DNA from: Rebecca billardiae RCC1528
Taxonomy: Eukaryota > Protista > Haptophyta
Length of the DNA: 64,000 nt
Reading direction: 5' to 3'
Assembly (NCBI GenBank): GCA_965240325.2
Contig: OZ251236.1
Location: 620,001 to 684,000 of the forward strand
Shown: piece after piece, positions 43,312 through 53,005 of the stretch
Numbering within the stretch: the first letter of the stretch is position 1
Layout: every line of letters starts with the position of its first letter
Notes under the pieces: model-generated
What the model was told of the DNA's origin: nothing
Database searches by the model: none
Seen by the model: the letters and a program-made list of their open reading frames with translations, nothing else
Position numbers and translations under genes: made by a program

Positions 43312-44556
43312 GCGCGTGCGGCGGTTCGGACGATGATCCGCTCGGCCTCGGGCTGCCGACGTCGCCGTCGGGCGGCAATGGCGGCGGGGGCGGCGGCGCC
43401 GCCGAGCCGACGGCGGACGGCGCGAAGGAGGGCAAAAAAGGAAAGGGCAAGGGCACGAAGGCCAAGGCCAAAGCGGCCGCGGCGGCAGCCGCGGCGGCGG
43501 GCGGCGCGACGGCGGCGGCGGCTGAGCCGGCGCGAGCAGAGCCGCCGCCGCCGGCTCAGCCGTCTGTGCCGCAGCCGCCGCCCTCCTCGCAGCCGAGCGT
43601 GCCGCATGCCGCCCCCGTGCAAGTGCCCCAGTACTCGCAGGCCGAGTCGCAGTACAACCGAATGGTTGCTGACGAGCTCGCCGCCGCGCAGCAGATAGCG
43701 CGCAAGCCCGGCGCGGCTGGCGGCACGTCCGCGCCGCTGCGCGCGGGCGCGCCGAACGCCACCGGCGGCGGCCTGCTGGGGATGACGCTGGGGAAGATCA
43801 TGGGGCAGCCCGGCGCGCCGGGCGGCGGCGCGGGCATGCGCGTCAACCCCACGATTAATGGGCAGGATCCCGAGGCGGTCGCGGTCGAGTCGAAGCGTCT
43901 GGGACAGCGCGTGCACGCGCTATTTAACGCCGGCCAGTACCCAGAGGCGCTGGAGGTGGCGGAGCGGCAGATGCAGCTGCTGCAGGCGGCGTACGGGAGC
44001 GAGCACCACGAGTATGCGACGTCGGTGAACAACGTGGCCACACTGTACCAGGTGCGCGCGCCGCCGTGCCGCGCGCGCGCCCTGCTCGAGAGCGCGCGCC
44101 ACCCAGCGCTCACGCTGGCTCACACACGCCGCCACGCCGCTCGCGCCGCGCGCGCCGCTTGCGGTCCGCGCCACCGTGCCCCCGGACTCCGCAGGCGCTC
44201 GGCAGACACAGAGAAGCGGAGCCGCTGCTCACAAAGGCGTCGCACATCCAGGAGAAGAAGCTGGGGCATGAGCACCCGCACACGCTCGCCTCGCTCGCCA
44301 ACCTCGCCACGGTCTATGAGGCGATGGGGTGCGTGCGCGCGCGCGCGTGCTCGTGCGGCGCGCGGCGCGGCGCGCACTGCCTCGCGGGCGGCGGTTGTGT
44401 GCTGCCGCGCTCGCCGCACGCCCACGCCCGCCGCGCCGGCGCGCCGCGCGCGCCGCGCGCAGGGAGAAGGCGAAGGCGGACGCGCTCAACGTGCTCGTCC
44501 GCGAAATGCGACGACGCTGGGAGGAGAAGCAGCGCGCAGCGGCCAAGAAGAGATGA
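42337..44556 (+). CDS. Coiled-coil plus TPR (kinesin-light-chain-type) protein
   Basis: Introns 42635-42789, 44052-44194 and 44329-44462 are in phase. TPRs: GSEHHEYATSVNNVATLYQ and LGHEHPHTLASLANLATVY. Confidence 0.8.
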
Positions 44557-45331
44557 GGGAGCCAGATGAGGGAGCCAGCGCCGAGTCAGCGCCCCGGACC
44601 GGCCGCTCTGGCTGGGCTCTGTCTGGAGATGCGCACGAGCGTGCGGCGCCCGAGGCCGCGTGGCCGCGCTGCCACGGGGCAGGTGCTCTCGGTGCACTGA
44701 GGTAGCTTCGAGCTCAGGCCACTGCTCCGATGTGGGATGAGTGCGGCAGTCTGACACTCTGACAGGCTCGTCTGACTCTGATGTCAAACACGTCTCACAC
44801 TTTACAGTCACGGTCTCGGAGCGCACGGTCTGTCGGTCACGGGCCGGCGGCCGATTCGTCATCGCCCGATCGGGCCGGATTGCCGATTGTAGTCTGTAGA
44901 TTTGGCGAATGGCGATTGGCGATTCCGCCCGGCGGATTCGCGGCCGCCGCGCGTGCCAATCGCTGCTCGCGCAGCTCGGCAGGCTCAGTCAGCAGCGCAA
45001 TGCTCGGTCCGCTGCGCATATATTGCGAGCAGGTCCGCACGAGGCGGGGCGGCAGTTTGAGCCTGACCCATTTGCCTGCGACTACGTTCAACTTGTCGTT
45101 CAACGTGTTGCTGCTGCTGCTGACACGGACCCTGTACTCACCAAGCTGCCCTGTGCTCTCAATCAAGTCCGCGATGTCTTTTTTACTCTTTTTATCTGCT
45201 GCTGCGCTGCGTTTCTTTTTCTGATGCGCTGATTTCGTCTTCTCCGCGCATTTCTTCCTTCACGGCGGCGGGTCAAGGCCAACGGCAAACTCGGTCAGCA
45301 CGACGCAAACACACCCAGCCGCGCCAACGCG

Positions 45332-48300
45332 ATGTCGGACGTGGAGGAGGCCGCCGCGACGATGCGCCGCATCCACGCGGAGGTGCGCGCCATGCTGCGC
45401 GAGCTGCACGCGGCATTCAACCCGAACGAATCGATCGTCTTCTCCTCCTCGCCGCGGGGCGTCGTGACCGAGCTCCTCGACCGCGGCGCCAAGCTGCTCG
45501 CGGACGAGCGCGCGCGCATGCGATGCAGCATGGACCCGCCCGCGGGCGGGGCGCGCGAGGAGTTCCTGCGCGAGTGCGAGCGCACGCGGAGCCAGATGAA
45601 GGAGGACCACTTTCAGCTCACCGAGCACAAGGCCGCGCTCAACGCGTCGATCAGCATGCTCTCGCAAGGCCAGAAGAACGAGCACGTGATCGGCGCTCTC
45701 ACCCACCTGCGCAACGGCACGACAGAGCTGATGGCGCGGCTCAGGAAGCTGGGCCCGGCGATGCGCGCGCTCGAGCGCGTGCTGAACGTGCACAACCCGG
45801 CGATGCACGACACCGAGACCAACCTCCTCAACCGCGCACGCGCCATCATCTCGCTCGCCGCCGAGGTGGAGCGCGCGGAGGCGCGGCGCGTGGCGCATGC
45901 CAGCCCGGGCGCGTGCGCCGTGGTCGAAGGCGCGCTGCTGGACGAGCTCGCGGAGACGCTCGCGCCCACCGCGGGCGAGGGCGGGGGCTCTGGTTTCACC
46001 CCATCCAGCGCCACCCCGCACGCCGCCGGCTCGCACTCCGCGGCCGCGTCGGACGCGCCGCGAGCTGACGGCGAGGACGACGACGACGCGATGCGCGAGC
46101 TGTGCGCCTCGTTCAACTCGTCGATGGGCTCGTGCGCCTCGGCGGCGGCGGCGGGCAAGTCGGCGATGGAGACGAGCCTGTTCTGCACCGAGGCGGGCGG
46201 CGTGCCGATCGTGCGCGCGCTGCAGGCCGCCGCGCACGAGCTGCGCCTGGTGGGCGACGCGGCGCGCGCGGGGCAGCGGTGGGAGCCAGTCGTTCAGATT
46301 GCGCGGTGCGAGTCAGCCGCGCAGCTGCTCGCCGCGTGCGCGCTGGGCAGCTTGCCGCTGTGCTTCGACCGCGGCGTAGAGGACTACGCGGCGGAGGACG
46401 GCACGGCGTTCGAGCCGCCACCGCACGGCACGGTCAGCCTCGACGCCGAGCTCGACGGCGTGCTGCGCGTTCTGAAGCCGTTCGACGCGACCGCGGGCGG
46501 GATGCGCGCGCTGCTGCGCGAGGCGAGCACGCGCCGCCTGCTCGGAGACAGCGCGTGCGCGCACGTGGAGGGCGTGTTCGTCGAGGACGGCGGCGTGGTC
46601 TGGCTCGAGTCGCGCAAGTACGCGCGCGGCTCGCTCGCCGACGTGCTCGCCTCCGGCTCGCGCCTCTGCCCGAGCTGGGCCCGGGACGCGGCCGCGTGGC
46701 GCACGCTCGAGGCCTTCCGCGGCCTGCTCACCGCGATCGCGCGCGCACACGAGAACGGCATCGCGCTGGGCGGCGCGCTGGCGCCCGAGCACGTGCTCGT
46801 GGACGACAGCAGCGGCCGGCTGCTGCTCACCTCGCTCTGGCGCGCGCGCCCGCTCGCACCGCACGATGCGCGCGACCCAAGCAGCGGGATGCGAGCGCAG
46901 GCAGCGTCCGCCGCGCCGTGTTGCGCTCGGTGGTCCGCTCCGACAACCGCCGCGGCCGCGGCCGAGGACGGTGTGGCTGGGGCGGAGGCCGGCGCCAAGC
47001 TGGTGGGCGACGACCCTGGCGCGGCGGACGCGCCCGTCTCGGCGGCGGAGGACATGCACGCCTTCGGCGCCTGCCTCTACGGCGCGCTGCTCGGCACGCC
47101 GCCCCCGGACCACCCCCACAAGCTCGAGGCCGGGCTGGCGCGCACGCCCGATGGTGCGGTCAGACGGCTGCTGCGCTCGCTGCTGCACCCGGAGCCTGCG
47201 CAGCGGCCGACGGCGTACGCGGCGCTGACGAGCGACGGGCTCGCGCTCGTGGCGGAGCACATGCGCAGGTCCGCGCTCGTCACCGGCACGCAGCAGCGCG
47301 TCGAGGTCTTCACCGCGCACGCGCAGTGCCTCGCCCAGCTCTCGGCTCGCAGCTCGCCGATGCGGATCCTCGCCAACCGGACCACGATCGTTCCGGACGT
47401 GCTCAACGCCTTCTTCGCGCTGCAGTCGACGGACGAGCTGATCAAGCCGATGATGGTGCGGTTCGTCGGCGCGGAGACCGTCGCCATCGACCAGGGCGGC
47501 CTCACGCGCGAGCTCTTCACCGCCTTCTTCGAGCAGGTCGCCGCGGACGCGCACGCGCGCGAGCCGCACCGCTTGCTTGACGTGGTCGAGCAGCCGCCGC
47601 CCGCCGACGGCGCCGGCGCGTGCGCGGAGGAGGGCTGGAGCGAGCCGGCGTTCCTCCCCGCCGCCGGCGCGTCGCGCACGCAGTGCGAGGCGCTCGGCCG
47701 CGTGCTCCTCAAGCTGCTCCTCCTCGAGCTGCCCTGCCCCATCCGGCTGGCGCCCTCGCTGATCAAGGCGCTCTCGTGCGCCGACGAGACACTCACCATC
47801 GACGACCTCGCCGCGTTCGACGCGCAGGCGGCGCGCTCGCTGCGCGTGGTCGAGCGCGCGACGGAGGCGGAGCTGCGCGAGATGTGCCTGTGCTTCCCCA
47901 ACCCCGCCGACGCCGACGCCGGCGGCGCGGCGCAGCCCGCCGAGCCCGTCTACGTGAACGCGCGCAACCGCCAAGCGTTCATCGCCGCGCAGCTGGACCA
48001 GCTGCTCGAGCGCTGCCGCTGCGTGCAGGTGGAGCGCGTGGTGTACGGCTTCCGCGCGGTGCCGCCCCTCGACGCGCACCTGGACATGCTCGGCGCGAGC
48101 GGGATCGAGCGCATGCTCTGCGGCGCGCCCAGCCAGCGCCCGCGCCGCGTGCGCGCGGCCGACGTCGTCGGCTCTCTCGTGTGGGAGGGTTGGCCCGAGG
48201 CGTCGTGCGCGCCCGCGCACCTCGTCGAGCTGCTGCACGCGCTCGACGAGCGGCTTCTGAGGAAGTTCCTGCGGCTGGCGACGGGGCAGTCGGTGATGCC

Positions 48301-48481
48301 AGCGGGCGGCTTCGCGCCCGCGATCACCGTCCTCAGGCTGCCGCCCTCCGACGCGCTGCCCGTCGGCTCCACCTGCTTCCACGTCATCCGCCTGCCGGAG
48401 TACGGCACGCGCGAGGTGCTGAGCGCCAAGCTGATCCTCGCCCTCGAGAACGTCGGTGGCCACGACCTGGGCTACGCCTGA
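45332..48481 (+). CDS. Pseudokinase plus HECT E3 ubiquitin ligase
   Basis: HECT: IDQGGLTRELF, KFLRLATG, LPVGSTCFHVIRLPEY (catalytic Cys). Upstream kinase-fold remnants: GSLADVL, AHENGI, LAPEHVLVD, DMHAFG, LLHPEPAQRPTA, lacking HRD and DFG. Confidence 0.85.
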   Translation: MSDVEEAAATMRRIHAEVRAMLRELHAAFNPNESIVFSSSPRGVVTELLDRGAKLLADERARMRCSMDPPAGGAREEFLRECERTRSQMKEDHFQLTEHKAALNASISMLSQGQKNEHVIGALTHLRNGTTELMARLRKLGPAMRALERVLNVHNPAMHDTETNLLNRARAIISLAAEVERAEARRVAHASPGACAVVEGALLDELAETLAPTAGEGGGSGFTPSSATPHAAGSHSAAASDAPRADGEDDDDAMRELCASFNSSMGSCASAAAAGKSAMETSLFCTEAGGVPIVRALQAAAHELRLVGDAARAGQRWEPVVQIARCESAAQLLAACALGSLPLCFDRGVEDYAAEDGTAFEPPPHGTVSLDAELDGVLRVLKPFDATAGGMRALLREASTRRLLGDSACAHVEGVFVEDGGVVWLESRKYARGSLADVLASGSRLCPSWARDAAAWRTLEAFRGLLTAIARAHENGIALGGALAPEHVLVDDSSGRLLLTSLWRARPLAPHDARDPSSGMRAQAASAAPCCARWSAPTTAAAAAEDGVAGAEAGAKLVGDDPGAADAPVSAAEDMHAFGACLYGALLGTPPPDHPHKLEAGLARTPDGAVRRLLRSLLHPEPAQRPTAYAALTSDGLALVAEHMRRSALVTGTQQRVEVFTAHAQCLAQLSARSSPMRILANRTTIVPDVLNAFFALQSTDELIKPMMVRFVGAETVAIDQGGLTRELFTAFFEQVAADAHAREPHRLLDVVEQPPPADGAGACAEEGWSEPAFLPAAGASRTQCEALGRVLLKLLLLELPCPIRLAPSLIKALSCADETLTIDDLAAFDAQAARSLRVVERATEAELREMCLCFPNPADADAGGAAQPAEPVYVNARNRQAFIAAQLDQLLERCRCVQVERVVYGFRAVPPLDAHLDMLGASGIERMLCGAPSQRPRRVRAADVVGSLVWEGWPEASCAPAHLVELLHALDERLLRKFLRLATGQSVMPAGGFAPAITVLRLPPSDALPVGSTCFHVIRLPEYGTREVLSAKLILALENVGGHDLGYA

Positions 48482-48660
48482 GGGAGAGCCTCGCGCAGCG
48501 AGGAGCATCGCGACTCGTCGCTGTGGCAAGCAGCAGGCATCCTCATCGGCGTGGGCTGCCGAACTGTCCCCTCACGGTCGTAGCGGTTGTTGACAACGTA
48601 CTGTATGGCCCCGCCGGTCGTCGACGTCGTCGTTAGTCATCGCGTAGTCAGCGCAGCATA

Positions 48661-49943
48661 TGACCGCGTTCCGCGGTCCTTTTCTGCATAGAATCAACGC
48701 AGTTGGGGGCCCGCGGTGGCCGTGCAATCGCGGCTCTCCGCCGTAGTGGCAGTTCGCCAGTTGAAGTCGGTTCTGAGATGACTGAAGCTATTAGTCCGAC
48801 CGTCGCCCTGCCTGCGCGACCGCGAGACTCATTCACACTTCACACAATCACAGCAGCGGACCTGAGACCGCACCCGGCCGGCACCGGTCGTCAAATCGGA
48901 CGTCCGTCTGACAACTAGCTGCCAAATGTCCAACTGGCTGATCAGCTCGGATCCGACCCGTCCGCGATCGTGCCATCGGCATCGGAATTACTACTAGTAG
49001 CTGCCAAACTGTGTCCAACTCTGGCTGATCAGCTCGGATCCGACCCGTCCGCGATCGTGCCGAGTGAGTCGTGCCGCGGAGCTCGGAGTACTGAAGGAGT
49101 CGGGTGTGACAGCAGGGTGCTTTAGCGCTGCGGCCCGTGCCAGCCAACGACCAGACGTACTCTGGCCACTTGACCCGTTGCACGGGTGAGTGACCGTACG
49201 CCCTGCCTAGTGCCTACCGCGCGCGCCGCGCGACCGGCGACTCGGGGTGATGGAGAGCGGATGGCGACAGCAGCAGCAGTCCTCATGAAGACGATGAAAC
49301 TGGCGGCACGGGTGCACGAGGTGGCAGGCGAAAGCGCGCCGACGAGACCGCATTTGACACACCTGAGCCGCACGCGCGTGCCGTCGCCGAGCGGCGAGCG
49401 CTGCAAACGCGCAACCGTACCGCGCGCGCCACGACGGCGCGGCACTAGCTGATGCAGGCCGTACTGCCGGCACTGCTTCTGCGATCATGCGCCACGGTCG
49501 CAGCTGACTGCGTGAGCAGCAAGCGGGAGGCGGGTCCGGAGGCACGTGCAGGCGCCGTCCCGCATATCCGCCATCGCCTATCGTGCCGGGGCACGTCACC
49601 TCCGACGATCCGGATGTGGCCCAGTCCGGACGTCACGCGATCCGGGAAGACGAGTACGATTCGCTCGTAACGAACCGTTACACCAATGTCACGGCCAGGC
49701 TCACGTCCCGTCCATCGATTACTTATGGAATCAGCTGGGCGCGCTCTTTTTCGGCCTAATAGACCTCTCTATGCGATCTCAAAAACTCGAAACTCGGTCT
49801 CCGCCAGCCCTAAAAATCGCCCCCCGTCCCTTTTTTTCCGCCGCCCCCCGTCCCTTTTTCTTGATCAAAGATCTTTTTGAAACGTGGTTCGGGCCCGCTG
49901 GTGCGGGCTCCACGCTGCGCGCTCCGCCCTGCACCGCGGGCCA
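48661..49943 (-). mobile_element. Non-autonomous Helitron2/Helentron-like element, copy 2 (opposite orientation)
   Basis: Same ~200-bp 5' end (49730-49943) and ~65-bp 3' end (ATIR 48708-48718, hairpin 48662-48678) as copy 1. A|T junctions. Different interior with a ~60-bp direct repeat at about 48915 and 48998. Confidence 0.75.
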
Positions 49944-50382
49944 TCATATATGTGGTGTTATTGGCACAATAATCGATTGTTTATTTGTGTCCGCTGGCGA
50001 GAAGTACGTGGCCATACTACCCGCCGATCGACTTTGCCCTGCCCGCTGCGTCGTACTAAGCTTCAGGGCCACGATCCAATTGGCTATCATCGACCTCGAC
50101 GCACCGTCGCCCGCTTGCTGCAGCCCCTTGCCTCGGCACCCCGCGCCTCCAGCTGAGCCGGCCTCGACCGCTGGTGAAGCGCGCTACACCTGCTCGACTA
50201 CAGCACGGCAGATACAAACGATTCATCGTTCTGGCGGAGCAACCACCACAAGCGCGCTCACCATTCCCGCCATAATAAGCATCATACACGCCTCTATGAT
50301 GCATCAATGACGACGACGAACTCGGTCGCCCATCAGCATATCTATCAATATTCCAGCTCATCGATTGGCTTTCTCATCTACA

Positions 50383-52796
50383 TAGGGGGTCCATGACAGC
50401 AGCCCACTGAATTGTGATTTTCGACAACCATACGATTTAGGTGTCTGACGAGCGTGGCGCTTGCGGAGGCACCCACAAATATGTCCTGGAACCCAGCCCA
50501 GCCGTCAGAAGCACCCAAAACCGACTCCGCGTGTCGTCGCGCGGTCGTGCGCGCACGCCAGCTGCGCCACTGTGTCACATACAGATTCAGCCAAACGTCA
50601 ACGACTTGTTATGGCGGCTAAATGACGGTATGTCGTCGGACTTACTTATTCATAACCGTTGCAGCCCGCCCCAACAAAATTAAGGTGGACTTGCTAATTT
50701 TTTGTAGGCACGATGAGTGCGCGTAGAGGTCGGTGAAAAACTACTCCAAGATCGAGCGTGTTACCCACTTAATTAGAGACACATACCCGTATATATGCAC
50801 TTACCTACCCGTTTATTATACAATGCGGTTGGGTTTTAAATATATATTCAGGGTGGTGTCAATATGGGGGTACCTTGTTCACTATTCGTGCTGGGTCATC
50901 CGAATAGGCCGCGCCGCCGCGCGGAGTGACGGCGGGCTTGTCATGCCACCGTCAAACCGTCCCGCAGCAGGCCCGGACGGACCTGATGCGGGCGGCGGGC
51001 TGCGTGCCGAAGCACACTACCAAGCGCACCTCTGAGCATGCCACCATCCCCATAGTCGTGAAGGAGTCCTCCGCCATCGACGCTTGCGTGCGCAGACTAG
51101 CAGTCATCGCCGCCGCCGAGCTTGCCATTCGGAGCTTGCCGCGTCCGTTCGGCGACTTCCGTGCCCGTGCTCTGTGTCACCGGCGTCGTCGCCGTTCGTG
51201 TTACCCCAGCCCACGCGAGGCCGTCACCGGTCCACCGGTACTGCGGCGGACTGCGCGCGCTTCGCCGCGCGCTCGCCCTCGAGCTCCGCCGCTCTCCTCT
51301 CGCGCTCGAACTGGACGCAGTCGGCAGCCATGGCAGCCCGCTCGGCCGCAGCGCGATCTGTGCCCCCGCGCGCGCTGCGCTCGGTTGCGTCGGCGCGCAA
51401 GCTGGCGCGCGCAGCGTCGGCGACGGCGCGCGCGGTCGCCTTGCGCGACGAGTCCAGCTCCACCTGCTGCTCCGTCAGGCGCACCTGCTGCTCCAAGATG
51501 ATCGCGTGCTCAGCAGGAGTCACGCGCTGCTCGTGCAGCGGCACCTGCACGCGGCCTGCCGCGGACGCGCGCGGCGCGCCGGTGTCGGGGGGCGAGTAGA
51601 GGTCGCGGAAGGGGCAGCTCTCGTCGCCGGCGCCCAGCGACGTGTCGTCGGCATCCAGCTCCGCCTTCCTCTCCGCCGCCGACGCGCCCTGCTTCCGGCT
51701 CAGGATGCGCTCCATGTCCTTGTTCTTGCCCTTCCACCACCTGTGCACGGTCATCAGCCAGATGCCGATCACCTCCAGCAGCGGCGAGTCGTGGCGCGCC
51801 GAGATGCCGAGCGCATCCGCGCAGACGAGCGCGAGCGCCTTGGACTTCTTCGTCCCACCGTCGCGCGCGGTCTGGGCGCACGCCGGGGTGAACACTCTGA
51901 CCAACGGCTTGTGCTTCTTCAAGTTCTCGAGCATGAGGTCCATGAGCGTGCGGAGGAGGTCGAGGAGCATGAAGTTGAGCACCGATGCGTACCGCGGGCG
52001 AGTGCCGGCCACGAGCCGACCGGTCAAGGGCTGCAGCACGTGGATGGCGCGCGCCGCCACCGCCGTCTCCTCGAGCTGCTGCGCGCTGACGTTGACGTCA
52101 GGCCGTAGCTCGGGCCTGCACGGTTGCACACAGCCGAGGCCGTCCGCGGAGGAGGCGAGCCCCTCGGCGGTGCCGGCGGGGACCTCAGGCGGGTCGCACA
52201 CATCCATGGGCACGCGTGCATCATCATCTGCCGCGCCCTGGACCTCGTCATGCCCGGCACAGCGGTCCGCAAGTTGGTCGGCGGTAGCTGGCCCTTGCGG
52301 CAGAGGCGTCGCGGGCACGTCCGAGGGCGAGAAGGCAGCGTCGGGTGGGGAAGGAGACAGCGTCGAGTCGTTGCCGATGCCTATCCCACCGCGTTGCGCA
52401 TGTTCGTCTCCGCGTTGCTCGCCTGCACGTGCTCCTAGGACGCGCTCCTTGGTCGCGGGCAGCACACGTTGAGCACGCAGATTCAAATCATGAAGCACGA
52501 GCGTCAACCGGCCAGCGACTCCCAGCGAGAGCCCGGTCCACACGACGTATGGCTACCTGTCCGCAGCCGCCCAGCCGCTCGGCGAGGCGCCTGCGCCGAG
52601 GTGGGTGCGCCCAATGGCGAGCGGACGGCCGTCGACGAGGGCCATCAGCCTTGCCGACCCCGTTCAGAGCTCCGCTCCCGCGCCGGGCCGAGCCGAGCGC
52701 GGATTTGGAATCTGCCGATCGCGAAAACACGCCGAACAAGTTCTGAAAAGGAAAAGAAAAGAAATCAAAACTCGATTTAATCAGATGGACCCCCTA
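50383..52796 (-). mobile_element. 2.4-kb TIR DNA transposon with 12-bp TIR and 7-bp TSD
   Basis: TIR TAGGGGGTCCAT (50383-50394) and ATGGACCCCCTA (52785-52796). TSD ATCTACA at 50376-50382 and 52797-52803. Confidence 0.8.
51224..52543 (-). CDS. Hypothetical ORF inside the TIR element (function unknown)
   Basis: 439-codon open frame with a globular-looking core (NFMLLDLLRTLMDLM...IWLMTVHRWWKGKNKD) and a coiled tail. No DDE motif recognised; start uncertain. Confidence 0.4.
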   Translation of the reverse strand: MWTGLSLGVAGRLTLVLHDLNLRAQRVLPATKERVLGARAGEQRGDEHAQRGGIGIGNDSTLSPSPPDAAFSPSDVPATPLPQGPATADQLADRCAGHDEVQGAADDDARVPMDVCDPPEVPAGTAEGLASSADGLGCVQPCRPELRPDVNVSAQQLEETAVAARAIHVLQPLTGRLVAGTRPRYASVLNFMLLDLLRTLMDLMLENLKKHKPLVRVFTPACAQTARDGGTKKSKALALVCADALGISARHDSPLLEVIGIWLMTVHRWWKGKNKDMERILSRKQGASAAERKAELDADDTSLGAGDESCPFRDLYSPPDTGAPRASAAGRVQVPLHEQRVTPAEHAIILEQQVRLTEQQVELDSSRKATARAVADAARASLRADATERSARGGTDRAAAERAAMAADCVQFERERRAAELEGERAAKRAQSAAVPVDR

Positions 52797-53005
52797 ATCT
52801 ACAGCCGGTCGATCATACATTGATGGGGGTACCTGGAGTACAAATGGCCGGCAGCGGTCGTATTCATCTTCTATGCTTATTGGACGGTGACAAAGCTGCA
52901 GTATGCCAGCCGTGTCCGCTCATCAAGGAGGCTCATCCAATAAGTTACCTCAGATAGTGCTGACAGCTGCGAGTGCAGCGCCGGGCACCGTGAGCGCATC
53001 GCGCG

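Noticed and set aside
38666-49943. A single 11.3-kb TIR transposon (Pack-MULE-like) carrying three genes
   Set aside because: Each 200-bp arm has its own matching 3' end (40331 and 48661), so these are two separate elements; there is no TSD around the whole block.
50864-52835. Direct repeat ATGGGGGTACCT at about 50864 and 52824 as element ends
   Set aside because: Only 12 bp, same orientation, no TSD, and one copy lies outside the TSD-defined element.
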